A stretch of DNA of 64,000 nt from Mytilus californianus (taxonomy: Eukaryota), in contig NW_026262581.1 of assembly GCF_021869535.1 (NCBI RefSeq), forward strand, positions 132,432,001-132,496,000, given 5' to 3'. A program made the translations under genes and the position numbers. Positions 25,974 to 39,184 of the stretch are shown piece by piece; positions within the stretch are counted from its first letter, which is position 1, and the number at the start of each line of letters is the position of its first letter. The notes beneath the pieces are model-generated. The model was not told the DNA's origin. It saw only the letters and a program-made list of their open reading frames with translations, and searched no databases.

Positions 25974-27497
25974 CAGGGGCGTAACTACCCCAAAGCATGA
26001 CAGCACGTGCATCCACGTCGTTTTCACCCAAAAAAAAAGAAGAGAGAGAGAGAGAGAAGGGGGGGGGGGGACAAAGTTAACTTATAGGAATTGGTCTTTC
26101 TATGTATGTATTTTAAAAACTACACAAAGAATAAAAGCAAGAGGAATACACATGCAGCGAAATTTTTAGTCCTGTAAGACATGTATGTGTACGATAAATA
26201 CATACAACTGGTGTAAACATAGTGGAACTTTTTATATTACGGACATTGTTTAGAAAAACAGCTACATAATTGTCGGTACCACCACCATAACGAATACTAG
26301 CCTTGAGTGCAAAAAACAACAAATAATCCCTTTAGGGTTAACAAAAAAACTTGAAAATTATTATTTTCCGCTTCGCCCCAAAGCACACATCTTACTAGAA
26401 CGAAGACTCTTCAACTCGTATCGATCCGGGAATAACGACTGTTACCTTGTGAACTAGTTCAGAAATTGACCAAGTATGAAGGTCTTGACAACACGAATAC
26501 TTCATTTTCACATCACGTCAACGTATTCTCGTCCTGGTGTGCATGTAATATTTGCTACTGGACATTAATAACCATTCAATCAATCAATAGTTTCCGTAAA
26601 CTAATAGACGAGAAGTAGGAACTGCTGTAATTATTATAAAAAAAAGTACACATTTCCAGTACATGTATTACGTTTTTTTATTTATTTTACAAAAAAACAT
26701 CTTGTATACTGAACTATTTGGTCATTCAATTTTATAATGAATTTTCTGTCCGAGTCGGACACTAAACTGCGGATTCTTGTTCGAACGAAACACCAAACTT
26801 TTAATACACGTCTCTTCACTGTTATCATCTAGATATTGCAATACAACTTGTCGAATGCATATGTATTTGTTAATTAGTTGGATAATTAACAAACGCAGAT
26901 CATGAAAAGATCGTGATCAAAGTACTATTCTCTCTGAAAAAGTTCCTTAATTTCAACTTCGAGAATTCCTAACTGCGTAAAATAAGAAATTCCTATCTCT
27001 CTCTTGTAGAGTTTACCCACAGAAATTTTAAACATCAAAATACATATGTTCAGCAAAATATTGGAGAATGTGTCCACCAAGTATTTGGTATCCAAAGATG
27101 TTGATGCTAACAAATTCCACATATAGTATTGTGTTTATGTTTATTGTTTGTTTTTTATCCATCTACTTTGGTCAATACAAATACTAGCATATGGAACAAA
27201 CCTCCGTGATTTTAAAAGCTCTCATGGCGTACAAAAAAGGCAAACGGCAATGTTTAGTCTTCATTCGACTAGAAGTTAAACAAATGGTTGACCAAAAAAA
27301 ACACAAAAAAAATATACAAGTTTTATAACGGTTGTGATTGTTTTGAAACGCTATATATGCGGATTTTCCGGGAGCTTCGCCCCCCTGGCCCCCTACCAGG
27401 GCTTTGCCCTGGACCTACTGGGGGCCTTAGGCGGCCCCCAGACCCCTCCCCCTTTAGTTTGTGATTCCACATCATTAAGAAGGTAGCTACGCCCCTG
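25974..27497. mobile_element. Nested TIR element (1524 bp) with 5-bp TSD
   Basis: TIR CAGGGGCGTAACTACC / GGTAGCTACGCCCCTG. TSD ATTGG at 25969-73 and 27498-502. GC-rich subterminal block at 27365-27450. Confidence 0.8.
26437..26588 (+). mobile_element. 5'-truncated SINE fragment with (ATCA)n tail
   Basis: GACTGTTACCTTGTGAACTAG...TTCTCGTCCTG...CTGGAC matches the 3' half of the SINE at 59349. Confidence 0.65.
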
Positions 27498-28189
27498 ATT
27501 GGAAACAGATTTGAGAAAAGGACATATATTTGAGGCTTTACACGGATTTGAGGCTTACATTTATGACGCCAAACACATAGTTCAAACTGATTGCAAAGCG
27601 CAGCTTTAAAACTTATAAGTATAGATTTACGACAATTTCCTCAAAATCAGTTTTATAAAAACAAAAAAATATTAAATAATGTTATTGATTCCTACTGATA
27701 AATATAAGGAGTTGCTATGTAATAACGAATCAAATATGAATTTTAACGATAAGCCCTGAATTATACGGTTTGAGGAAATCAACTTAGCACGTACTGTTGG
27801 GGCATTTAACCATGTATTATTGATATATAACGGTGTTACTTGTATGTATATAAACTTATAATTCGTCAAAATATTTGCTTATAATATAAAATGCTACTAG
27901 AAGATTTCAATATTATGTAAGACATTTTTACAGTCTTTTGTTAAGCATACCTACCGCAGTTAATCGGGTTATAAAATAACATTACATTCAAATTCACTTC
28001 ACAGTTAGGTATCGTACCATCTTGTTAAATATGGCAAACGACATACACTTTTCAAAGTACATTCATATAGAATGCACTAAATAAAAATATTTTCTTCCGA
28101 CATAAAAAAAACTGTAATATAACACAGAAATATGCAGCAAATACAAATTGATTTGAAGAATTATGCGCCCAATTATGTTCTACAACATG

Positions 28190-28965
28190 CCATATCTTTA
28201 CGGTTATTCAGAAATAAAGTTCTTAAACTTAAAACGTACCATATCTTTATAGTCATTCAGAAATAAAGTTCTTAAACTTAAAACGTACCATATCTTTATA
28301 GTCATTCAGAAATAAAGTTCTTAAACTTAAAACGTACCATATCTTTATAGTCATTCAGAAATAAAATTCTTAAACTTAAAACGTACAAGATCTTTATAGT
28401 CATTCAGAAATAAAGTTCTTAAACTTAAAACGTACCATATCTTTATAGTCATTCAGAAATAAAGTTCTTAAACTTAAAACGTACCATATCTTTATAGTCA
28501 TTCAGAAATAAAATTCTTAAACTTAAAACGTACAAGATCTTTATAGTCATTCAGAAATAAAATTCTTAAACTTAAAACGTACCATATCTTTATAGTCATT
28601 CAGAAATAAAGTTCTTAAACTTAAAACGTACCATATCTTTATAGTCATTCAGAAATAAAGTTCTTAAACTTAAAACGTACCATATCTTTATAGTCATTCA
28701 GAAATAAAGTTCTTAAACTTAAAACGTACCATATCTTTATAGTCATTCAGAAATAAAGTTCTTAAACTTAAAACGTACCATATCTTTATAGTCATTCAGA
28801 AATAAAATTCTTAAACTTAAAACGTACAAGATCTTTATAGTCATTCAGAAATAAAATTCTTAAACTTAAAACGTACCAGATCTTTATAGTCATTCAGAAA
28901 TAAAGTTCTTAAACTTAAAACATACCACATCTTTATAGTCATTCAGAAATGAAATTCTTAAATTT
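28190..28965. repeat. Highly homogeneous minisatellite, 49-bp unit, ~16 copies
   Basis: Unit AAAACGTACCATATCTTTATAGTCATTCAGAAATAAAGTTCTTAAACTT; period 49 (28231 to 28280). Confidence 0.97.
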
Positions 28966-28989
28966 TAACTGAAATTGCACCACTTATGC

Positions 28990-29140
28990 AGTTTTTGTGG
29001 GGTTGGTGCATTTGTTTTTTATTTATTTATTTATTTATTTTGTTTGTTTGTTTTGTTTGTTTGTTTTTGTTTGTTTTTATTTGTTGTTTCCTTTTATTTT
29101 GTTTGGTTTTTTTTGTTTTTTTTGTGGTGGGTGGGGGTTT
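28990..29140. repeat. Low-complexity (TTTA)n/(TTTG)n tract
   Basis: Read directly from the sequence. Confidence 0.9.
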
Positions 29141-30694
29141 TTGTGTTCGGAAAAGGGGGTGCAGTTTGAACAGTTATTTGCTCTTATCATTTAATTGATT
29201 AAATATTGAAGATGTAGCGGGAAAATGAAGCATTTTATATATTTATACATACCTTTATTTACTATTTTATAGATATTTTACTGAGGTGAAGTAAAACCCG
29301 TGAAAACTTGTAGTAAGACTTCGACAGAAGTTCAAAAAAAGTCTTTTATTAAAGCAAAAGAAATATCCACGTTTATAAAAGGCAATTAACAATTATAAAA
29401 AGGGAATGTAAAATCTTCTTTTATCGTAAATTTTAGTAGAGGGGTTTCTTTGCGATACATAAATACGTATCCTGATCACTGATCACTGAGAAAATGGTAA
29501 TAATAACTGTACCGGTGCTTTGCTTTTGCGCCAATTGGCATTTCATTTGCGCCAAAAAAAAACATTAATTTGCGCCACAAACCATATATCAAAATAATAC
29601 ATTTTCAAAAATTGGGGCAAATGCAATGCGCCCAACTGTACATATTAGATTTATTTAAATTAAGTTCTTTGTGGTATATTTCTGCAATTTAGTTAGATAA
29701 TTCTTGATTACTAGTATTAAAAGTAAAACTATCAATTTAAGGTAAGCGTTACTAATTTTTTGCTAATTGGAATTTAAAAGGATCTCTATTGAGTTTGGCA
29801 ATAGGTGTTGTCTAGGAGAAAATTAATATCTTAATCATCTCATCCCATTTTAAGTCCTCTTGAGAATCGTAACCGAACAACACCGATAAATAACTCATGC
29901 GCTATGCGCATTAAAATTTGCATCTGATTAATACCAAGTATGAATATTAGGGACGTTAAATTGTAGAATTGGAAGAATCTAATCCTCAATGTGCATATTA
30001 ATTGTATAAAAGATTATATTTGTAATGGTTAATATGATAATGCGAGGAGAAACCGAACAATCTTTTGGTTTGATCCTCACGTTTTCCTGTAAATCCGGCA
30101 AATTCGTTCGTAGTATTATAGATATGGTTAAGAAATATATGAAAGGCAATAACTTTAACAGGCGTATCTTTTCTTTTATCTTTAGGCATTGTTTGAACCA
30201 TTGTTGTAATTACACTTCTTCAATGACAAAACGTGTCTTGTGACAGCTAATAACTGAACTTAATCAAACCTTATTTCAATAAAAGACACGTCAAATGGTT
30301 TTAATTTAGAAAAACAATTATACGGGAAAATTTTTAAATAAATACTTTTAAGTTTTTTCCATTTTAAGACTAGAAAAGAGGTAAATGTTTTTCTTACATT
30401 CAAATACTCTTCAACTTTGATAAGTTTTGTATAATTGAAATAATTTGCAAGGTTGAAACGACTGAAATCGGCAACTTATTATTTTTCTATTTGAGTGCAT
30501 GTAATATACTCATCTTAGATTTGATTTAAAAACAGAAATGCTACAGAAATGTATATTCCTCCACATATTACTGAGAATGACATTTTAATTGTGTAAATTG
30601 TCTATGCATTTATTTAGCAAAACAAACTTTTTTTACATGATTAAAATTACAGTCAATCAACATGCCCAACATATCCTTCTATACAGAGACAAGG

Positions 30695-31813
30695 TTAAGT
30701 TTTACATGTATTTGGATCAATTCTTTCTAAATTATTCACCCATATTTTACACTTTCTGCTAGCTCCCATCGGCTGTCTATTAAGCTCAAAAAGAAGTTTA
30801 GAAAATGTCAAATTTTTCCGTCGAGGTTTTTGTGGTTGTGTGATGTATTTTGGATACAATGGAAGTTTCTGTATGACTGCAACTGATCGTCTGCCTTTAG
30901 AATACCTCACATTGTTACTTGTATTGACGTCCGTGAGGTCAGAAATTGAAGGTGGTGGGGACCCTTCACACTCTTCGTTGCTTGAAGTTAATTCCATTTT
31001 ATCTGTTTGTTGCTTAAACGGGTCAATCATTTTGTCCAATCTGTTCATAAAAGCTGTTGTCTTTTCCCTTTGAAGAAGTTCTGGGTCACGCATAAAAGAT
31101 TTTTGTCGTGATTCGGCATCCATCTCCGGCCATTGTTCTAGTTCGGGATTTATATTAACTATTCCGTTCCTGGACAGAAAGTTTGTATGCACTTTGATTT
31201 GACGATCTTTCTCATGGGCAACTCGACTCATCGGCATATACTGCTTGGGTGTTGGTTTATGAACATGCTTTACACTGTCACGAAAGCGAAATGGTTCAAA
31301 TTGAGGCATCATATCGTTACTAGTTAAAGTAACCTTTTCATCCAATGGATGAACACCAGATCCCCATTGATTAAAAATACCCAATCTTTCACTTATCTTT
31401 TCGGCGTGTCCGTTACGAAAATATGGAGAATGATTTCTGGAGTCAAGTGGCACTTTCTGTCGTGGAGTTGTTGAATTGACTAGGAACAACTCTTCTTCAA
31501 CTATGCGTTCTGAACCTCTTGGTCTTTCAGAATGGATGCGTTTTTTCTCAAACCCATTATTGAGCATTAATTGTCTGTTTTGTGACTTAGTATTTTGTGT
31601 ATCAGTTAGCGGTCTAATAGTTACAATCTGACGCCTGCCTGCACTGTCATGTGGAGTATTCTTATTCCATTGTCGTTCAGCTAAACTATCGATCTTTTGA
31701 AAGTAAGCTTGTCCTCTTCTGATATCAGCAAGCCTCCGATTTCTCGCTTGTATTTCCAGAAATGTTGCCTTATGTTCAGTTCGATTAATTTGAACACTCT
31801 CCGATCCCATCAT
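30695..31813 (-). CDS. Uncharacterised protein, 372 aa from the first ATG, single large coding exon
   Basis: 1.17-kb stop-free, non-repetitive ORF in very AT-rich DNA. Splice acceptor TTTTTCTCAG at 31831-31833 lies 17 nt before ATGATG. No domain recognised. Confidence 0.8.
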   Translation of the reverse strand: MMGSESVQINRTEHKATFLEIQARNRRLADIRRGQAYFQKIDSLAERQWNKNTPHDSAGRRQIVTIRPLTDTQNTKSQNRQLMLNNGFEKKRIHSERPRGSERIVEEELFLVNSTTPRQKVPLDSRNHSPYFRNGHAEKISERLGIFNQWGSGVHPLDEKVTLTSNDMMPQFEPFRFRDSVKHVHKPTPKQYMPMSRVAHEKDRQIKVHTNFLSRNGIVNINPELEQWPEMDAESRQKSFMRDPELLQREKTTAFMNRLDKMIDPFKQQTDKMELTSSNEECEGSPPPSISDLTDVNTSNNVRYSKGRRSVAVIQKLPLYPKYITQPQKPRRKNLTFSKLLFELNRQPMGASRKCKIWVNNLERIDPNTCKT

Positions 31814-32997
31814 TTTATCCTTGCAACAAACTGAGAAAAAGTCACATAATGATATATATATCAAGCATCAAATCCAAAATACATTTTTGCAGTCAATTCC
31901 TTTTTTTTTTTCTTTTTTTTTTCGAATAAGAAGAAACTATAGACCAAAGTTCTTTATTCAGACTTCGATTAATCAAACACTCGACGGTCTTGTAAATCTT
32001 CCGTGTCGCAAAAATAATTATAATCAATATTGACAATATTTGATAAATATCCCTGGTTTTAATATCCGTTATCAACAAATTAAAGTATGAAACGTTGACT
32101 TTCTTTAATATATTTATACAAAGTAATAAAAATATATATTGTCAAAGTATTTATAACACATTCCCATTCCACTGAATATATGTTTAATGAACAAGATTGT
32201 TAACAACTACTACAAATAACGTTATTGACAATACAACTAAAAAGTGCAAGTCAAAATTGATAGAAATCTAAATTTAAATAGAAAGAAAGGCTTAAAAGGA
32301 TGGTCTTTGACCTTTGGTGAAAGAAGATATTTCCATATTAGTGACAGAACTTTTAAATGTATACAAATATAATCTATATCAGGTGACATGTTACTAGTGA
32401 CTATTGGCATTGAATATAAAATTAATCATATCGTTTTACCATTGCTTAATATGATTGTAAACAAAGTTCAATAGAATTTATACCATTACACATTTCAACG
32501 TAAATTTATTGGTATTAAAAGGATTAAAGTATAAAAAAGGGGAAGGGAATATTAAATCAGTCATTCTGACACTTTTATAACAACAACATTCCAACTTCAA
32601 AATTAAAAAAACTCTCTAACCAAGTCTTAACTACTTTTTTCTTTATTCCCACTTAACTCGTGACATTTTCAACTTGTATCTTAATTCTTATTTTGTACTC
32701 TTATTATCACAGGATAAGAGGTGCGTAAATTTGAAATCTCACTCAAATCAATCCTATATAGTGTTTGAACTTTTATATTTCCCCAGATACTTCCCGATAT
32801 ATAATTTGTTCACGAGAAGTCAAATATGGCTGTAAATATGAATAAAAGTTTTAACGTTGTAAATATAAATAGAGTGCACATAAAAAAATAAGGATGTTCG
32901 CTATACTCTGTTTAAAAAATGACAAGCTTTTAAAAGACTGTTATAGATTGATAGAATATAAATAACAGAACAAAATGAAAGGTCCGTGTCCTTGTTT

Positions 32998-33457
32998 ATG
33001 ATGATGATGATCATGGATGGCGGCTGCTTTACGTCCAGCAGCAAATTAATATGCATATTCAGGACGAGAACGTGTTAATGTAATATGAATATTAACCGTG
33101 CTTTGTACTAGACCGACACCGTCCGGATCAGCCGGATTTTTAACGTGCTAGTTCACAAGGTAACAGCAATCGGAACTACTCGGCCTTTCTGGTTGCACGA
33201 AGAAATTATTGTATTGCATAGCGAGAATGGCCGAGTAGTTACGATTGAAGGTAACAGTCCGCAGGAAGACATGTCACCATATCCGGACACATTATTCTGA
33301 CTCCGAGCCGACCAGTCTTTGCTCTAACTCCTTAATGCTGCATGCTTAGCGGAGAAGCAGCAAATACCAATTTTAAAGTCTTTGGTTTGACCCGGCCGGG
33401 GTTAGAACCCACGACCTCCCGCACTCGAGGCGAACACGCTACCAAGAAACCACCGCC
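32998..33457 (-). mobile_element. tRNA-derived SINE (resembles bivalve Meta/Deu-domain SINEs), full length
   Basis: Minus strand shows a tRNA-like head with A-box and B-box (GGTTCTAACC), a conserved body (AAAATTGGTATTTGCTGCTTCTCCGCTAAGCATGCAGC) and an (ATC)n tail. It is colinear with the 59349 copy. Confidence 0.85.
33167..33247. mobile_element. 81-bp hairpin MITE with 10-bp TSD, inserted in the SINE
   Basis: TIR CAATCGGAACTACTCGGCC / GGCCGAGTAGTTACGATTG (18/19 match). TSD AAGGTAACAG at 33157-66 and 33248-57. The empty site is visible in the SINE copy at ~59540. Confidence 0.88.
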
Positions 33458-34275
33458 TTATTTGTTAGATAAAAGCCATTTAAATTTGGCCGAAAATGAA
33501 TCTCTCTATACTCGTCATACATTTAACATTGGTACCTTTTTTTCTTTCAAAACTATGAAAAAAATAACAGATTTTATAAGATTTTTGAAAAATAGCTTGT
33601 TTAACTATATATATGTGTTATAATTATGAAAAGAAAGGTATAGGGGTTAGAGGGCAAAGTTTTTAATGGCACTAAATCGAAAATCCAGAGGAATCAGAAT
33701 ATCTGATAAAAAGTAAAAAAAAAGAGCAGCGAACATCCTTTGGAGTGTACAAAATTTAGTGGAGTTCACTAACTTCTTTTGTATATCATTCGAGTATGCG
33801 TTGTATACGTAGGTCATAGTTTAATGTTTTACGTTATTTGTAGAATTGGGTCTTTGATCTTTACTGAATTTTTCTGCTTAATTTATTGACAAATTTTAGG
33901 GACTCGGGACGATTTTGAGCGTGACATATTGTATCGACACACATGTCTTTTGTTGAAGACTTCATGTTGCTCTCTAGATGTCTTGTTGGTTATTTGTGTG
34001 GTTGTGTGCTGTCTCATGCATGGACGTATGACCCACATCCCCTTTTATTCATATACACACAAAAAACTAGATTATGTGGAGTGATGCCGTTTCGACAGCG
34101 TTTTGCGGCGCCTTTCCCTCTTTTTTTCGGGTATACAGGGAAAAACGAATTAGGTCCGTGACCAGAGGTAAAATTTCTGAAAAAAAATGCACCTTGCAAA
34201 TCGGACTCTTCAATATTGACACTAACCTGGAATCCTGATGAAATATTTTCGATTTTGCAATTCAAATATATTCGA

Positions 34276-34284
34276 ACCGGAAGT
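34276..34284. promoter_or_regulatory. ETS/GABP-type motif ACCGGAAGT in a CpG-richer island, possible promoter of the orphan gene
   Basis: Exact motif. Surrounding 34000-34400 is locally CpG-rich. The link to the gene is inferred. Confidence 0.3.
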
Positions 34285-35638
34285 CCGCTTACGGTATTGA
34301 GAATATTGTGTCAGGATCCCAGAATATATTGACACGTTCTTCGCATGAACGTTACACAGTAGAATTTCGCAGGAAAACGTCCCGGTACATGAAATTGTAC
34401 TAAATAAAAGATTGAGTTATAATATAATGTAAAAAAAAATATTGTTCTCCTCCTCTAAATATAGAACAGTAGGTTATATGTAAAAATAGTTTAAAATGTT
34501 GTTATATACAACAAGTAGAAACATAAATTAAGGTTAGAGCATAACACAGGAAAACGCTTGTAAACAAGATTGATATGCAGTAGAGGTTAAAACACCTCTA
34601 AATAATTCATACGGACATTATTTTGATACAAACATTTATTGCAAAATAATCGAGAAAACCGCAAATGCATATGCACTTATAGAGACGACCTAATCTTATC
34701 TATAAAAATTGTTTTAAAAAATCAAAATGTGAAAGCGGATAATCATTTCAGTTTGTGAAAACGTTTTCCTTTCATGTTTTAACCCGAACAGGCATAACTT
34801 ATAAATCACTATATTCACACAGAGACAATATTTGTACTTTAAAATTTCCCGTGGTGACGAATGAACGCTCGAAAAATGAAAGTTGTTGAAAATACTTAGA
34901 TTTCGCGAAATCGAATCATTTAAAGCCGATGAGGAAGTCTTAGAAATTTGGTGTATGCAAAAAACTGAAGTTTCTTTAAGTTATATTATAATGTGTTTTC
35001 TCTAAAAAAAATTAGTATGCAGCAAAAAAGAAACTTCTTTAAAATGTCTATGTGACAAACTTCTAATGCAATTCTCTAGAAAAATAATGAAAATGAGACA
35101 TTATGCATTTGCATGTATATTTCAAATAAAATGGTTTAATACAATTAATCAAAATAATGTGTATATGTAAAATAAATTTATGGTTTCGAAATAACTTATA
35201 ATCGATGTGGTTACACACACTATTGATGTTTTAACCTTAATCATTTAAAGGGTTACTTTTCTACTTTTCTCGACTCACCAGTTATCCAACTGCGCCCAGT
35301 CTATAATTCTATAATACTGACAAGAATATATATTGTTATAGACACAATTTCGATAAATGGCATTTAAAATAAAAATACATGTACTTTATTTTGACGGATG
35401 TATAAATCGGTAGGTATAAAAGTTACATATATTATATAATTTATATTAAAATGCATTTCCACAAATTCTAGTTGAATTCAAAATTTCATAAGAATCCGAG
35501 GGCTTATCTGTTTAAGTACCTGTTACCTGAATACATATCAGGCTCAATTTTGATTTGAATGAAGATCTAGGTACACAATGATTTTTTATGTTCTTTTCTG
35601 GAACAGTGGTGTTACAGTACAACATAACGAACCAACTA

Positions 35639-36816
35639 TAACAAGAGTGCACACGCTGAAATGTCTCACCTTCTTTACTAACCATTGATTTTATGTTGAT
35701 AGTCCTGAATACAAAGCTTTACTACAAGTAACACATAAACTTAACATGATCCAAGAAAATGAGGTCAAGGTCAGATAAACCAAACGAGAAATACATGTAC
35801 ACCTTACAACCATTCAATAAACCAAACATAGTTGACCTATTGCTTATTGTTTCTAAGAAACAGTCTTAAACAAGAAAACTTAACATTGACCAATGAACCA
35901 TGGAAATGAGGTCAAGGTCAGATGAACCATGCCAGACAGACATGTACACCTTACAATCAATTTAGGCATTAAATATAGTTGACCTATTGCTTATATATAA
36001 GAAACAAACTTAACCATGAAAACTTAACATTGACCAATGAACCATGAAAATGAGGCCAAGGTCAGTTGATACCTAACAGACAGACATATACACCTTACAA
36101 TCCTTCCATACATCAAATATAGTTGATCTATTGCTTATAGTCGAAGAAAAACAGACCAAAACACAAAAACTTAACACTGAGAAATGAACCGTGAAAATGA
36201 GGTCAAGGTCAAATAAAACCTGTGAGACTGACATGTACATCATAAAATATTTCCATAACCATTTATAGTTGACCTATTGCATATAGTATTAGAAAAAAAG
36301 ACCAAAACTCAAAAACTTAACTTTGACCACTGAACCATGAAAATGAGGTGAAGGTCAGATGACACCTACCAGTTGGACATGTACACCTTACAATCATTCC
36401 ATATACCAAATATAGTAGACCTACTGCTTATAGTATCTGATATATGGACTTGACCACGAAAACTTAACCTTGTTCACTGATCCATGAAATGAGGTCGAGG
36501 TCAAGCGAAAATTGTCTGACGGGCATGAGGACCTTGCAAGGTACGCACATACTAAATATAGTTATCCTATTACTCATAATAAGAAAGAAATTAACATTAC
36601 AAAACAGTGTTTTTCAAGTAGTCACCGAACCATGAAAATGAGGTCAAGGACAATGGACATATGACAGACGGAAACTTCGTAACATAAGGCATCTATATAC
36701 AAAGTATGAAGCATCCAGGTCTTCTTGCTTCTAAAATATAAAGCTTTTAAGAAGTTAGCTAACGCCGCCGCCGCCGCCGCCGGATCACTATCCCTATGTC
36801 GAGCTTTCTGCGACAA
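35639..36816 (+). mobile_element. HINE family A, near full length
   Basis: Same 5' end as 15003, tandem array, (GCC)n microsatellite at ~36763-36781, then GGATCACTATCCCTATGTCGAGCTTTCTGCGACAAAAA. Confidence 0.8.
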
Positions 36817-37439
36817 AAATCAGTTGGAAAGGATTTGAAACATCAGATCGGAACGAAGCATAAAAACACGAAATACAAAAACACGGAGTACCGATTTAAG
36901 AGTACTAAAGATAAACACAAAAACACAAGAGTTTTTCGTGCTTATTAATCAAATTATCTATCAATGTACGAGGCCATAACCACAGGTTATAGATATCTGT
37001 CAATTTTCATATCATTGATTCATGAAAATAAATAATCAATGAATGTATATATCAATTCTCACTGATAAATAAGAGTTGCCATGCGATAAGGGACCAACTA
37101 TGAAATTTTAAAGATAAGATCCGATTATAAGAATTAGGAAAAATCAACATGTCACGTACTGTTGGACCATTTAACCATGTAAAATACTGATATACGACGG
37201 TGTGACTTATTGATGTGCATTATATGTAGACCATTAAAAGAAGTATGAAAGACTATTTACACTGTTGGACTGAGCCTACTAAAAAACGACTATATGACTA
37301 AGAGTAAGTAAACCAAAACACACTTATTAACAAAGCAGGAGTGTAAAGTGATGAGGAAGCTTGCAGCATGGAAAGAACCTATAATGCACATGGCTTTGGT
37401 CTTCTCATTTGATTTTTATTCGAATGATATCTAGGTCTT

Positions 37440-38390
37440 GAGCCTGTTAATCTGGTGATTTCTCAGTCAACTGTGGTTAGGAGTCTAGTAAAGCTTATGA
37501 TTGGTCTGTAAAACTGGCTACAAGTCAAGTTTAGCTAATGATTGCTCTGTAAAACTGTGGCCATGAGTCAAGTAAAGCTAATGATTGTTCTGTAAAATTG
37601 TTGCCTTGAGTCAAGTTTAGCTAATGATTGCTCTGTAAAACTGTCGCCATGAGTCAAGTGAAGTTTATGATTACTCTGTAAAACTGTCACAATGAGTCAA
37701 GTAAAGTTTATGATTGCTCTGTAAAACTGTGGTCAGGAGTCTAGTAAAGCTTATGATTGCTCTGTAAAATTGTGGCAATCAGTCAAGTAAAGTTAATGAT
37801 TGCTCTGTAAAACTGTGACCATGAGTCAAGTAACTCTTATGATTGCTCTGTAAAACTGTGGTCAGGAGTCAAGTAAAGCTAATGATTGCTCTGTAAAAAT
37901 GTCGCCATGAGTCAAGTAAAGCTAATGATTGCTCTGTAAAACTGTGGCAATCAGTCAAGTAAAGTTAATGATTGCTCTGTAGAACTGTGACAATGAGTCA
38001 AGTAAAGTTTATGACTGCTCTGTAAAACTGTGGCCAGGAGTCAAAGCTTATGATTGCTCTGTAAAATTGTGGCCAGGAGTCAAATAAAGCTTTGACGATT
38101 TCCTTGCAAAACTGTGGCATGAGTCAAGTAAAGCTAATGATTGCTCTGTAAAAATGTCGCCATAAGTCAAGCTTAGCTAATGATTGCTCTGTAAAACTGT
38201 GGCAATCAGTCAAGTAAAGTTTATGATTGCTCTGTAAAACTGTGACCATGAGTCAAATAAATCTTATGATTGCTATGTAAAACTGTAGCCATGAGTAAAG
38301 TAAATCGTATGATTGCTCTATTAAACTGTGGCCATGAGTCAAATTAAGATTTTGATTGCCCTGTAAAACTGTTGTCAGGAGTTTAATTTT
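37440..38390. repeat. Minisatellite, 43-bp unit, ~22 diverged copies (resumes at 39441-39625)
   Basis: Unit GAGTCAAGTAAAGCTAATGATTGCTCTGTAAAACTGTGGCCAT; period 43 (37565 to 37608). Confidence 0.95.
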
Positions 38391-39184
38391 ACAAACATAT
38401 CTTCCCATGACAAAATAATAAAAACATATATTTTTATTAAAATACATAACATATAAATTTTACAATAAATCAGATAAAATAAAAATAAAGCTTTACTAGA
38501 TTACAAAATGTACTTCCATAATGCAATTAATAAAGCAAAGTTAAATCAGTATTCAAACAACCTAAATATGACAATGCAATTGATTTGTCAATACTGAATG
38601 TGTATTAAAAATCAATAAAAGCATTCATTTCAATGTGTAAAATTAAGTTTAGCCTTTCAACCAGTGTGTGTTTGTGTGTGCACATGCATAATTCATGCAT
38701 GCATGTGTGTGTAAATTAAATAGATAAGCATTACAAATAAAAAAAAAATGGTAATGAATTATACTTCTATATATTTTCAATCGATTAAAATCAGATCTCT
38801 CTATGTACCAATATATATAGTAGAAAAGAGGGGAACTAGAAAATACAAACTGGACAAATTGGTTTATATAAGCAATTAATTTACTGTCAAATCTAGTTCA
38901 AACAACTGCTTTTATTTGCAAAGAGCCTATTACAAGTCAGGAATATGACTTTCAATCACTAATTGTATCAATGATAATCATTTGAAGAGATTATTCCTCT
39001 CAGTATGTGGGGACACTGAGTTTTTTTGTAATTATGTACTACATTAACATTTATTCTCTTACTAGATATATTACAACATAGAAACTTCAAAGTCATATTT
39101 CATGAGAGGAAGACTGAGACTGAAAATGGCAGGAAGGAGGGCTCTGCTGATTAGACACTCCTCCCAAGTTTCTATTTGAATTTT

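Larger units (their letters stand above)
25345..27565. mobile_element. Outer inverted-repeat element with GGCCTCAAATCTATGTCC subterminal repeats
   Basis: Left end ATGTAGGCCTCAAATCTATGTCC with repeats; reverse-complement motifs (GGACATA(G/T)ATTTGAGGC) at 25826-25955 and 27519-27560. Confidence 0.55.

Noticed and set aside
28190-28965. CRISPR-like regular repeat (also the 43-, 33-, 36- and 31-bp arrays)
   Set aside because: Units are head-to-tail with no unique spacers, there are no cas genes, and the context is eukaryotic.
28975-29198. Three overlapping Phe/Leu-rich ORFs resembling membrane peptides
   Set aside because: They are translations of (TTTA)n/(TTTG)n low-complexity DNA.
34014-34265. 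83-aa minus-strand ORF as an upstream exon of the orphan gene
   Set aside because: It has no ATG start, and I found no donor that joins in phase to the 31830 acceptor.
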